Positions 26,024-38,751 of a stretch of DNA of 64,000 nt are shown here, in pieces. The stretch is from positions 17,917,360 to 17,981,359 of the forward strand of contig NC_043019.1 of the NCBI RefSeq assembly GCF_006345805.1, given 5' to 3'. Position 1 is the stretch's first letter. Every line of letters begins with the position of its first letter. Under the pieces are notes generated by a model. That model saw only the letters and a list, made by a program, of their open reading frames with translations. It ran no database searches and was not told the DNA's origin. The stretch comes from Octopus sinensis. Taxonomy: Eukaryota. The position numbers and the translations under genes were made by a program.

Positions 26024-27132
26024 GTATATGGACATATATATTTGTGATAATCTTATCTACAAAAGGCACAAGGTCTGACATTTGCAGGGAGAGGGGTGTG
26101 CAACTAGTTCTCATTTTATCAATTTCAAAAGGATGAAAGATAAAGTTGACCTTGGCAGCATTTGCACTCAGACCTTAAGGCCAACCAAAATGCATTTCAC
26201 CCAGCATGCCAATGATTCTGCCACCTTCTTATTTGGAAGTAATAATGCCAATGGAAGTGATTTCATTCAGACATTTTAACATCCTCAACATCCAGCATCT
26301 ACTTTTCTGTCCGTGCGTCAGTTAGATGTAATTTGTCAAAGCAGGTTTTACTCTGGCTGGATGCCCTCTCTGTTGCCAACCCTTGCTTATTTCCTGATGG
26401 CTGGACATGTTTTTACACTAAAGATTGGAAACGAATGGCATGGGGCTAATGCTTGTTTATAGACATCGCATAATGTCAAGACGAAGGACGGAGACACACA
26501 CTCATGATGGACTTGCTTCAGTTTCCATCAGCTCAATCCATTCCCGAGGCTTTAGTAAAAGACACTTACCTAAGGTACCACACAGTGGGACTGAACCCAA
26601 GACCTCATAGTTGAGAACAAAAGCAAGCTTCTTTACCCCATGGCCATTTTATATGTGTGTATATATAGCGTTAGGAAGGGCATCCTCCTGGCATTAGGTA
26701 GGGCATCCAGCTGTAGAAACCAATATAGACATGGGGCCTGAACAGCCTTTCAACTGTCAAACTGTCAAACTGTCAAACCCATGCCGGCATGGAAAACGGA
26801 CATAAATTATGATGATAATGATGATGATGTATATTATTTTATATTTCATATTGAAATATTTTATTACATTTTTTAATTAATTTATTACTACAGAGTTGTT
26901 TTTTTTTCATTCTCCCCTTCTTTCTCCTCCTCCTCCTCCTCCTCCTCTCTTATCTCCATCACGCCCCTTCCCCTCCGCTGCTCCACCCCATTCTGGCTCT
27001 GTTCATTTCCTTCCCCAAGAAATAACAATTTGCCTGTTGTTATCTTGCAACGAGTTGTTACATACAATGTGGCTGTTTGTTGTTGTTGTTTTAAGTTGGT
27101 ATGGGGAGGGGTTCAGAGGTGGTGGGGGAGGT

Positions 27133-27170
<38 letters not shown>

Positions 27171-27654
27171 CAAAATTAAGAAAGGAGGATGTCTTCTTTC
27201 TTTCTTTACAACACCCTTCCACCACCACCAAACATCCGGTTGAGGTAATGAGATAACCTCTATGTGGTCACTAGAACCACTAGAAACAGCAGCCAGATCT
27301 TCCTCATACCACATCCTGCTGCCATTAAAAGAAAGGGTAAGGATTATGTGGTCCTAAGACAATAAAACAACTCGATTGGGTTTAAAAACACCATCAAAAC
27401 TAGAAAACAACCAGAAAAGTCATTACTGTTTAGCCCCAGGTCAACCCTACTGAGCACTCCAGTTATGACCATCATGTCTTTAAAACTACATTATATAATG
27501 TGTTCTTTCCATTTCTAAAGTGGTTGGGTGTGATTTAAGAGAGATTTGACTGCTATGTCTAGTAGAACAAGTTACCACATAGAGGCTCTTTCATTCAATC
27601 AAGTTTGGATAAATAACATTTGATCAGAGATATTCAGCCAAGGTGAAACTCATG

Positions 27655-27696
27655 CTTCACTGATGAGGTTATGATAAGACTGAAACAAGTCTGGAG
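27655..27696 (+). ncRNA. Minimal type-I hammerhead ribozyme fold
   Basis: cttca-CTGATGA-ggtt atgataa gact-GAAAC-aa-GTC-tggag: intact core, GUC triplet, stem I, weak stem II, minimal stem III. Confidence 0.6.
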
Positions 27697-27763
27697 TTAT
27701 TTTTCTGTACTTGATGAAATAATTAAGATAATATTTCTTTTCCTTCTGCTTCATCCTTTCACC

Positions 27764-27910
27764 CCATGGGGAGCCTGACGGGCCACACAGATCTTCATCT
27801 GTCTCAATCTCTGGCACTTTACTTCCTATGAACCTTCTCCACGTTTTCCATTTGCCATGCTTCCAACTTCCTTGGGGGTGGCCATTAGAAGGCTTGGTAT
27901 ATAATGCTGA
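27764..27910 (-). mobile_element. Short RTE-like LINE 3' end fragment
   Basis: Decayed YQAF*WPP..KLEAWQ...DR*RSVW motif resembling RTE C-termini. Confidence 0.4.
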
Positions 27911-30072
27911 AAACAGGTTTCCTTATGTTGTCCTCCAACCAACACCCTAACCCCATTTTCTCCTCCTCTTCATCTGGTTTGCTTCTTCCAGCCATGAATT
28001 ATTTCCGTGTATCAGCCATGTTGAGTCGGTTTGCTTTCTGGTGTCACCAAGGAGGAAAGAAGGAGACAAAGAGACAGGATGTAAACCAACAGACACTCCA
28101 TCGGTTATCACAACAAGGCTGACAGTTGATCCGATCAACGGAACAGCCTGCTGCTCATGAAATTAACGTGCAAGTGGCTGAGTACCCCACAGATACACAT
28201 AGCTTTAATGTAGTTCTCTGGAAGATCCAGAACGTGACAAGTCTGGCCCCTTTTGAATTACAGGTACGACTTACTTTTGCCAGCTGAGTGGACAGGAGCA
28301 ACATGAAATAAAGTGTCTTGCTTAAGGACACAGTGAAGCACTGGGAATCGAACTTGTGACCTCAGGATCAGGAGCCAAGTCCTCTAACCACTAAGCCATG
28401 CATCTTCACCCAAACATATAAACCTTCAATTGTTCAATTAACTTTCATAAAAAACAAAGGAAAAACATTTCGTATCCAAAACACTGACCTTTGGCGAAGC
28501 CTGTGGCCTGCATACACTTTAATTCTTCCCATTGTTTCATCTTTTTCGTAAAGTCTTCTGTCATTCCACCTAAGAGAAAGAAGGAAAATATTTAAAGAAT
28601 TAAAGTTTTTTTTTTTAAGTTTAAAGAAAAAATTTGGGAAGAAATTTGTCATAGAAAGTTAAATGAGAAATTCTGTAAAAGAATTTTAAAGAAAATTCAC
28701 GAAAGAGAAATCAGTTGAAATAATTCTGAGTTTAAGAAAAGGGAGACATTGTTAAATCTATGATTATAAAACCACATTTTATAAATGTGGATCATTTAAG
28801 GAAACAAAATGATCTCCTCATAAGAGCCATTGATTAACTTTGGTTTTTTTTGTGATCCTAAGTAGATGAGAATTAAATCTCATCTACTTAAACTGTCTGT
28901 TGTCTGTTATAGACATTGATATTTCCAAATGTTCTGCCAACAACAGATCGTTGGACGGTTTTGTACCCTACACACATTTCTCAGTCACTCCTTTCTCAAT
29001 GGAGAATATCAACACCTATTTGTAAACAGGCATCATGAGAAAGCCACAGTGCTCAGCTGCAAGCAGCAGGAGCATCATATACTACACAGGTGTTCTGACC
29101 TACATTGGACAACTAGAGACTATTTGGTGTAATTTCTCCTAGAGATGAAGAAATTAACCAGATTCCCAGGAATTTAATCCCACCATGGGGCTGTTTAAGC
29201 CTGATTGAGCAGATTTGTAACCAAAGGCATTGTAACACCAAACTTTCCATTGCTTATACAACAATAAAGTACCCTGGACTACATTATCTAATGAATCTTT
29301 TTTTAGAATGGTAAATTTGGCTACTATTTCTAGCAAGTCAAGCAACCATAGTTATCTTCAATGGAATAGCAGTGATTTGAAACCTAACCGCTAGATACTC
29401 AGTAAGGCACCACGTATGAATCATCAAGGTTTTATGCAGTTGGCCTTTTACATGATAGCTCAGCATGAGGCTGTGGCACAATAAGATTTTCTTGAATGTT
29501 CTAGAATTTGGCTTCTGGGATCCTGTAAAATCTGTTTGGTGTGTAGCTTAGATGACCAATGGACCTTCGTTGCCATGGAATTGTCTTCATCTATTTTGGG
29601 ACTGACCACATGTCACACAGACAGCTTTCTATAATTTCCGAGCAGTTTGTCCCACCTCTCATTCACCAATTATTCATATCGTTCATCGTAAATAACCAGC
29701 CCCAAATATCTTTACGTCTGGCAATAAATATTTCAGCGAAATGTCTGCGAGTTTGCTTCAGTTACTATTCTTGCTCCCAATGAAAGATATCCTCAGGTCA
29801 CAATTGGTCTGTAGCCCTCCATAGTTTGTCCTGTAAGAACTTCAATTTTCCTCTCATACATCTCTCTCTTCTCTTTCTTCTCATGCAATGAGCTTCTTTC
29901 AGTTTCCATCTACCAAATCTACTCATAAGGCTATAGAAGACACTTGCCCAAGGTGCCAAGCAGTGAGAAAATCCAAGACCATTTGGTTGGGAAATAGATT
30001 TCTTAACCCTACAGCCATGGCTGCACATAAATATTTTCAATATTCCAATGAGAATCTCTCATGAGTGATGCT

Positions 30073-30170
30073 GCTCAATCGATAAGCAACCATTGGGCTC
30101 AATCGATAAGCAACCATTGTGCTCAACCGATAAGCAACCATTGGGCTCAATCGATAAGCAACCATTGTGC
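30073..30170 (+). repeat. 24-bp minisatellite x4 (gctcaatcgataagcaaccattgg/t)
   Basis: Four tandem units with alternating last base. Confidence 0.9.
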
Positions 30171-32019
30171 ATTGAAAGAATGTTTTATAAAAACATTAGT
30201 ACAACCCAAGTAGATGACTGGTACTTTATTTCATTGAAGCTGGAAAGATTGATGAAGGGCAAGCTAAAAGGGATTTGAACTCAGGAGATAAGGAGGTGGT
30301 GGAATAAATACCAGAAGGTATTTTGTTCAATGCTCTTCTGATTTTTGTCGGTCCATCACCTTTGAAATTTTTGAAGTGATAAGGAAAGAGAGAAAAGAAG
30401 GAGAGAGTGTGAGGGAGAGATAAGGAGAGAGAGAGAAGGTGAGAGAGAGAAGGTGAGAGAAGGAGAATGAAAGACATTAAAAATGAAAGAAATATAAAAT
30501 ATAAAAAGATGAAAATGAAGAAGAATTCCTTTAAATTTAACAGCAACATGAACAAGAATAACAACAACAACAACAGCAGCAGCAGCCGTAGAAACAGCAT
30601 CTTTTGAGATCAATTGACCGAATTAGAATCTGTGGTGTTAATCTGCAAACAGCTCCATTGTTAGTCCTAGATACACTATGTCTGCAATAAAAATGTGATG
30701 GCCACAGCTGGAATGCCTTGCATCACAGGGTTGTAAGATCAAAGCAGAACTGGAGCTAAGCTACAATAGCAACAACTCTGAGTTGTATTTCAAAACTCAA
30801 ATCATCTCGACTTGGATATTCACAGCTAAGTGGACTGGGCCAGTCTATTGAGAGTAAATGGCTTTGAGCACAAGCACATTGCAAGACTGGCTGACCAGAA
30901 CACACAAACTAGGGTTGGGGCACTGTTTCATGCTGGATGGCCATGTTGAAGTTGTCTGCTTTCTGGCAAGGCTGACTAATGGACAAGGCCATGATTTTTC
31001 TAGGTCTTTCAACGATGGTAATGCCCTGATAGGAACATTCTTCAGGAATCTTCCCTATTTCCTGCAGCAAGAATTCAGACCAAGTGTCCAACTTAGAAAA
31101 CTCAAAATCTCTGACCCTCTCTAGCAACTCATTTGTCCTGTTTTTTTTCCACATTACCCCACCTTGCCCCTCAGTCTTGGTGACCATAGGGGCTGCCCTT
31201 CTTTCTTTGTATAGCTCATAATTTCAATCCCCCTGTTGGGAATGCTTTTAATCAATCCCCTCAGTAAAGTGTTTAGTAAATGCATAAATGTCACAACTTC
31301 CCTTTAAGATTATAGGGATTAATGTAAGGGATTAATTTAGGGATTAATGTAAGGAGATTTGTCATCTTCCATGTAGCATCAAGGTTCTGAGCTAATGTAA
31401 GAAATGAGGATTGTCAATGCAGTGAAAAGGGAGTTGAAAAAGGGGCCAAGTGTGAGTATCCTTATTTTACAGAATCCAAGTCCTAGCAACACATTTCAGT
31501 ATGATGTAATACTGTTGTATTATACCAGTAATATACCAGGGATCAAGTTAGTTCGCTTTCTCAATGTAAGAGTGGTAGGGCCCCTCCAAGAGATGCAATG
31601 AATAATATCTGCTGCTTGTTTGTGGGATACAGTAAAAAGTTGTGGCTGTGAAACCCAGATCTAGTCATTTGAGTGTTGAGTTGAGGTTAGTAACCCTCCC
31701 TGCTCCTCCATGGAAATAAACAAGGTTTCCTGCTGCTGTGTAAACATCATCAAGAAACCAAACAACAGAACTGACTTATCCTGAGCAACGGAGAGTTCCC
31801 TCTGTTGAAGAGGTCGATGGTATGATTGTGTGAAAGCTGTTGTAGGAAGACTGGTTTGCAAGCGAGACCCCTGGAAATGAGCCCCTAACCCTAACCCCAC
31901 CTAATTTCCTAGGAAACAAAAGGGTACTAAATATTGTCTGGGTAATCTTTGAGATGGAAAGCTAGTTGAAAAGATTATGAAGAATGCAAGGACTTGCAAG
32001 GTATGGCTGTGTGGTAAGA

Positions 32020-32380
32020 CGTCTGCTTCCCAACCACATGGTTCTGGGTTCAACCCTACTCTGCATGGAAACTCGGGCAAGTAGCTTCTAATATAGCCTT
32101 GGGCCGACCAAAGCTTTATGAGTGAGTTTGGTACATGGAAACTGCAAAAAAGCCTGTTGTATGTAGATATATAAATATGTGTGCATGTGTCTGTATCTAT
32201 TGATGACTGGTGTTGGTCTGTTTACATCCCTGTAACTTTGCATCTTAGTAATAAGGCACAATAAAATACGTGCCAGGCTTTAAAAACAAATAAGTCCTGG
32301 AGTCAATTTGTTTGATCTAAACCCTTCAAGGTTGTGCCCCAGCATGGCCACAGTCTAATGATAGAAACAAGATAAAAGTT
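32020..32380 (+). mobile_element. SINE family A
   Basis: Head gtatggctgtgtggtaag and tail ccccagcatggccacagtc. Confidence 0.75.
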
Positions 32381-33320
32381 AAAAGATGTTGGTTTGTGCT
32401 TTGCAGGACTCTGAAGGGCAAAGAGGACTTCAGTCTACAAAAGCCTGACTCTTTGAAATAATTAAGACAGATTATAACGAACACCAAGAAAATGGAAGGA
32501 AAATAACGAATAATAAAGTCAAAATCAAAAATCACATCGAATAATTGGAAGTTGAGCAGTTTTTGTTGCTGTTGTTGTTGTTGATGATGATGCTACTATT
32601 GCTGCTGCTGCGCCTGCTGCTGCTGTTGATACTATTACTGTATCAGTGTTGTTGTTGATGATGCTATTGTAAGTGTTTCTATTATGTTGAGTCTGTTCTG
32701 CAGGGACAGCAATGGAAGATGATGGTGGAGGCAGAGGGGAGAATGATGATGTTGTTGTTGTTGTTGTTGTTGTTGGTGGTGGTGGTGCTAGTGGTGGTGC
32801 TGATGGTGGTGGTGCTGGTGGTGGTGCTGATGGTGGTGCTGATGGTGGTGCTGATGGTGGTGGTGGTGGGAATGATAAACAGTTGAAACTACTAAAAATC
32901 ATTTTTCCAAATCAAGGCCTCCAAGATAACCGAGCATTGTAAGCTGTCAAAAGAGTCGGTCATCTTTATAGTGCTCCCACTGTCTACAGCAGGGAGCTAT
33001 TCCACCCCTGTCGTACCTACTTAGATCTGGGTGGACTGGGGCAATTGTGAGTCATGTTGACGACAGGCGTAAGGCAGTATTAGTGAGACAAACACCCAAG
33101 ACCTCGCCCTAAGCCACCTGTGGCTCTTTACATTACAATGAGCGTGGCTTTTCTTGTTGTTGTTATCATTGCTGTTGTTGTTGTTGTTATTGTTGTTGTT
33201 GTTGTTGTTGTTCTAACACATGCTCCAATAACAAGCCCCCACCTCGACACGTTAAAGCAACGGCCAAGATTTTGAAGAGAAGCTAGTTCAAGCTGTGAGA
33301 GGACCACAGGTCAGACTTAC

Positions 33321-35427
33321 CTACTAAAGCCTCCACATCCACCTTACCGCTATGTGGTAGCTTCTTCCTGGCAGAACTGTGTTTCGATTTGGATGATTCG
33401 CTGCCAGACGATTTGATGGAGCTCTGTTGGTGAAATAACGATGGTGAAAGTTGTGGTGTGCTAGGTTTACTCTCAGAGCCGGTCTTCAGTTGTTTCTTGG
33501 CCAGTTCTGAAGAGCCGTAACTGAAACACTCTGTTTCCGTGTCTGTTTCCGAAGGTTCTTCAGTCGGAATTGTTTTCTCTGACTTTTTGTGTTTTTTCTT
33601 AACACTGTCCTTTTTTGTGTGGATTATGCCTTTCACCCTTCCCCATGCCGTTTTATGCATTTTCCTTTCCCTGGAGCCCGGCTCTTCCCCTTTGCCCGGT
33701 ATTTTGTAGCTCGCCGATCGATGGAGGCGTGGAGAACTACCATCTCCATCAACGGTTTTGTCACTCTCTTCCCCTCCTTCGGCGACCAATGATGGACTTG
33801 ACTGGCGCCGCACCAGCACTTTCACATTCAGGTACTGGCCCTGACTGTCGGCTACTTTGCTGACACTGGTGTGTTTTGTCTTTTCCCTCCACCGCCACCA
33901 CTCCGTGCCAGTGTCTAAAGCATCCGCTGGTGCGTCTTTAGTCAACGCTGATGGACTGGGAGGACCACCAGAAGAAGTGGATGTCCTCACACCTTCCCTA
34001 CCATCTCCATCGACGCCGCTACTAACCCCACTGTCCATAGAACGGGTTTCAGTCAAGCCAACTATTGGAACAGTCAGTTCTTGAGTGCTACTCTCAGACT
34101 GCTGTGGTAATTGGCTGCTGCCTTTTCCCAAGTTTTTTAAGGATTTTCTTGTCATGTCAGAGTCATCAACAGTCGTCTTCTGTCCAGTTAGGATTTTCTT
34201 AACACGGGCCCATTTTGAGAACTTACATGATTTTTTCTTAGAGCCGGGCGACTTTGATCCCGATTTCGAATCTTTGCCATTATAGTCGCTAACTATAACT
34301 CTGGTCATCTCTTGGGAATTATCTTGTTCAATTACGTCGGATGGTATTTCTAAAGAACCAGTCGAGAAACTTCGCTTATACAGTTTGGCTGTTTTGGGTC
34401 GCTTCGGTGTTTGATCCGAGGCGGTTTCAATGATTTCCAAATGTTGAGAACTGTCTCCACTTGATAGTCGGTGCCGAGGTGAGTCTGATGCGGCTGCTGG
34501 GAACACCGCTTCTCTAGAGTCTTTCATGGCCTTCTGTTGCTTCTGTTTAGATTTAGAAGGGAGGGACATATAACCCAGAGGTGCTTCATCTTCAGACATA
34601 TCGCTCCTCACTTGGAGAAGATATTTTGTGCTTTCTAGGTAGGCGCATTTTTTCTTGAGTCTGTTGTTTTCATCTCGTAAGGTAGTGAGTTGCTCCATTA
34701 ACCGAACCAAGTTGTCTAAATGATCGAGGCCAACACTTTGCCTCATCATGCTAGGACTTGGAGATCGGTGTTTCTTCACTTTAATTGGTACAGGCAGGGT
34801 TCGAAAGTGTTCTTGGAAAGATTTCTCCTGTTCCTCAAAGAATTCCATAATGTGGGCACTGTTCCGTTTGGGTGAGGTCTGGTCGGATGATGTACTGCTT
34901 CTTTGTGCCTCCACTTGGTCTACTCTTGAGGGTCGTTGTTGTGGACCAGCTGTTGTTGATGTTGACGTTGTTGGTGTCATCGTTCCTGATGTTGTTGTCA
35001 TTCTTTCAGTGTTTCGTTTCACTATTGTTGTTGTTGTTGCTGATGTGCTTGCTGCTGCTACTGCTGCTGCTGCTGTTGCTGTTGCTGCTGCTGTTGTCGC
35101 AGCTTCCAGTGACACAGAATGCCCGACCCCTTCAGCCGTCGCTGCACCAATGCTCCCCATTGCCTCACCAGCAACAAGCATTACTGTATCCCTCTCCGCA
35201 TCCTCACCACCATCCACGGATGTGGTGACGATGCAGGGCAGAGGCTGCTGATGTTTGTAGGGCTGAGACATGGTCAGTTCGGGCTGCTCAGGCTGTGCAG
35301 GGGCCGCGCTTACAGGTTGAACAATGGGTTGTTCGGTGCTTGTGATGTCGTCTTGTTTGGACCCATGTTTTCTCGGATCCGGTGCTGTTGCCATGCTGGT
35401 TACACCATTTCCAAGCTGGGTTTCAGT
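33321..35427 (-). CDS. Large exon (2107 nt) of an uncharacterised disordered/coiled-coil protein; first in-exon ATG at 35394
   Basis: 703-aa ORF; polypyrimidine tract plus AG acceptor at 35429-35428; GTAAGT donor at 33320 (phase 1); the frame is open from the acceptor (TETQLGNGVTS) into MATAP; coiled-coil segment GLDHLDNLVRLMEQLTTLRDENNRLKKKCAYLE. Confidence 0.9.
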
Positions 35428-35584
35428 CTAGAGAAAAGAAAGAAAAAAAGAAAATCAAAATTCAGCTTATTTAAAACATCATTTTTTACAGAGAAACAAA
35501 AATTATAGCTTCAACGTAATTTGAATGTAAGAGTGAGTAAAATGTCGAAGCAGTGACACAGCACAAGCCATAACAATGGCAATA

Positions 35585-36470
35585 TATTGGGTCATCCCAT
35601 AAATAATGTGGGGGTTTTTTTCAATTGCATGAACGAAAAGTTGAAGGGCGATGGGATAAACTACCTGCATCGACTTGCTATAAAAGCAGGTAGTAATTTT
35701 ATCTTGTACTTATTCTTAGTGCAAGTTTTGAAGAGTGCAGTTCGATTTTAACAATAATTTTTTAAAGCTATAAAGGTGCATATTCAGCATATTTTGCTTT
35801 GTGAGTTCAATAAAGGCAACGATGCAATGGAAAGTGTGAGGAATATTAATGCAGTATATGGGGATTGGACAACAAGTGTAAACCAGTGTCAACAGTGGTT
35901 CTAGAAATTCTAAGCTGGAATCTACAGCCTAGAGGATGAGTCTCATCTTGGAAGATCTGCAGAGCTTGACAAGGACGTCCTACAAACCCTGGTGGAACAA
36001 AATTCCATTGAAACTGCTGAGGAACTAGCAGAGAAGGTTGGATTTGGTCATTCAACCATTCAACCCCAGCGTGCCATCAGAAAAGTCAGCAAATAGAGTC
36101 AATGCGTCCCTCACAAACTTTCTGAGTCTAATCGCATGCAGAAGGTGAATGTGTGCTCTTCTTTGCTGTCATGTCTCACGAATGAACCTTTTTGGAACTG
36201 AATAGTGACAAGTGACAAGAAATGGGTTCTCTATGAAAATATCAAGTGCCTAAGACAGTGGGTAGGGAAAGGAGAAACACTGGCATTCCGAGCTAAAGAA
36301 GGTCTTCACCCATGTTAGGTGTTATCTGTTTGATGGGATATGAAAGGTTTAGTCCACTTTGAGCGGCTTAAGTCAGCACTAGAAGAAAAACAACCATCTT
36401 TGATTTCAAGAGGAAAGGTGTTCTTTCATCAGGATAATGTTCGGCCACCTACAACGGGGATGACAGCGTA
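35585..36470 (+). mobile_element. Decayed, internally deleted mariner transposon
   Basis: TA-TTGGGTCATCCCATAAATAATG terminus; translated pieces EFNKGNDA, SLEDESHLGRS, VPHKLSESN, IVTSDKKWVLYEN and FFHQDNVRP. Confidence 0.8.
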
Positions 36471-36483
36471 TAACCACCCATAA

Positions 36484-36570
36484 GAATTATATTGGTGCGA
36501 ATCAACGAATTCTATGCCGTCAGCTTAATGTTCACCTCCATTCAAATCTGAAAACTGCCACTAAAAAAGG
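36484..36570 (+). mobile_element. Probable PLE GIY-YIG endonuclease fragment
   Basis: NYIGANQRILCRQLNVH resembles the YIGxTxRxLxxRxxEH motif; very short. Confidence 0.4.
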
Positions 36571-37179
36571 TCTCTAAACCTAACACCAAAACAGTAAATC
36601 TATAAATTTTGTAAAGTTAGAGGACCCATTATTTTGCTCAATACAAATATGCTCCTCCCCCATTGGATTATTAAATATTTGCAAATCAGCCATGGCACTT
36701 AACAGTTCCCCCATCCCTACTAAAAATAGCAGATAAATCTCTCAAATGACATCTTAGTTTTAGAAAAACTAATAATTTGTTTTTAGATAGATTGGGTCAA
36801 ACAAATACAGCAACAAAAATAGGAAGGACACGATTTGAATATCGTTCAATCATAGGGGTGGCTGGCTCAGCTAGATAAACAACAATTTCTGGCTCAAATA
36901 GCAGTGTCATAAATATACCCCAAATATAATCAGAGTATTTACTTCATCATAAAATTCACTTTCTCACCAATATAATCAGAAAAAACGATTATAGATATTT
37001 GGGTGTTGCACTGATTCAACAAGTAAGTTTATTGTAGAACAAGTGTTGAAACAAAAGTAACAATTGCATCGTCGCAGACAGCGATGGGAATATATTCTAA
37101 ACACACACAAATACTGTTATGTTCTCATGTTGCGTTTTATAATACTACGAGCAAAACGCCCCGCGTCCAATGGATGGTG

Positions 37180-37511
37180 CTGAGTTGTCAAGCATTTAAA
37201 CCAAATTTTCTCAAAACAACTTGTCCGACCGTCCCATGGGCCTCCCCTTTAGGTAAACACTGATTTAACCTAAATTTGAGACAGCAGAAAAAGAAGAAAT
37301 AAAGATAGACTTTTTTCTATTCCAAAGAAAAACCATTTCCCATGTCTTTATCGATCGCATTCTCACCTGGAATCGATTTTTGTACTTTTTTCAAGACTTA
37401 TACACCCCCTGATACCATCGGTATCTACATATCAAATGTGAGCGCAATCGGATGGAGGATGCCCGAGATCCTAGAAACCACACACACAGACAGAACGGAT
37501 TGTATATAAGA
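37180..37511 (-). mobile_element. 5' part of a non-autonomous Helitron-like element
   Basis: Terminus TCttatatacaatccgttctgtctgtgtgtg is similar in style to the 59730 terminus; no CTAG 3' end found, so the left boundary is approximate. Confidence 0.45.
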
Positions 37512-38290
37512 AATTACACACACACACCACCACCATCATCATCATCATCATTTAACGTCTGTTTTCCATGCTGACATGATTTTTACGCCTGGATTCTCTT
37601 CCTAATGCCAACCACTTTACAGAGTGGACTGGGTGTTTCTGACATTTTTACCGAAGCCGGTTTTGAATTTCATCCCTCGAGAACGATTAAATAAAGTACC
37701 AGTTAATTTACAAGTTGAATACTAATGTTGATTTAACTGACTATACCTTCCTTTATTTATATGTATATATAGACACGCATACAAACATGCAGGGACACAC
37801 GGACACGGACACACACGACGGACTTCTTTCGGTTTACGTCTACCAAATACCCTCACAAGGGTCTGGTCGGCCTGACGCTAAAGAAGACGCCTGCGCAAAT
37901 ATACACTCATATACAAGAATTGCTCAGCTAAAGCCATCGTCATACTGTCAGACGATTGTTTAAACCTCGAAGAGAAACCTCGAAGTCACTGTTAAGAATA
38001 TTCGTTTGAGAATAACGAATTTCTATTCTACAAAAGCATAGAATAATCCATCAAATTAAGGTAAAATTGTTTCTATTATAACCAAACATAAAAACAAACA
38101 TTAGCATAAATCTCTATATATTAGGTCCGTCTGTAGGGTTTTGGCTTCGATGCGACTCAAGGAAAACCTTCAGAGGGAAATTGGACGGGGTGAAAGTTCA
38201 TTTGCAAGGAAAGATAATTCTCACACGTCTACGTGAGAAGGGGAGGTAATTCATTACTCTAGCTCAATTTTACGTTTAGTTCAGTATAAA

Positions 38291-38336
<46 letters not shown>

Positions 38337-38751
38337 TGTAATGCAAAATCTCCATATAATCACAACTTACATCATCTTAGAAAAATAGCGAGGAGGGAGC
38401 ACAATGGCCATAGTCCCTGATGTATGAATTGATGGAATGGTCACGGTTGGAACAAATTTTATAATGATAATTCTGTAACAGCCGAGATGCTAAGCAACAA
38501 CTTCAATCGTCTTAGAGAATAAGAAAATAAAATGAAAAACGAAAGTAGGACAAACTAACGGCAAAGAATGTTCCATATTTGATGGAAAGCCTTTTCCTCT
38601 CCTCTCACCCTTGAAGAGTCGTCTGCTGTGACCTTTTGTTATATTTAGAGCCATTGGAAAGGGTGGAGGGGTAACTTTTTGGCACTTCTTCATTTTAGCG
38701 TGGATTCTTTAAGCACCCACCAAATTCTTTTTATTAACCCTCAAAAAAAAA

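Noticed and set aside
30073-30170. CRISPR-like regular repeat
   Set aside because: No unique spacers and eukaryotic context; a plain minisatellite
30858-31190. Possible Tx1-type ORF1 or zinc-knuckle remnants (also 46600-46900, 47430-47600, 49394-50705, 55340-55780)
   Set aside because: Too decayed to identify by eye; likely retroelement debris, not host exons
32525-32942. Pro-rich / Gly-rich ORFs near the large exon
   Set aside because: GGT/GCT repeats with a 12-bp unit; no compatible splice sites found
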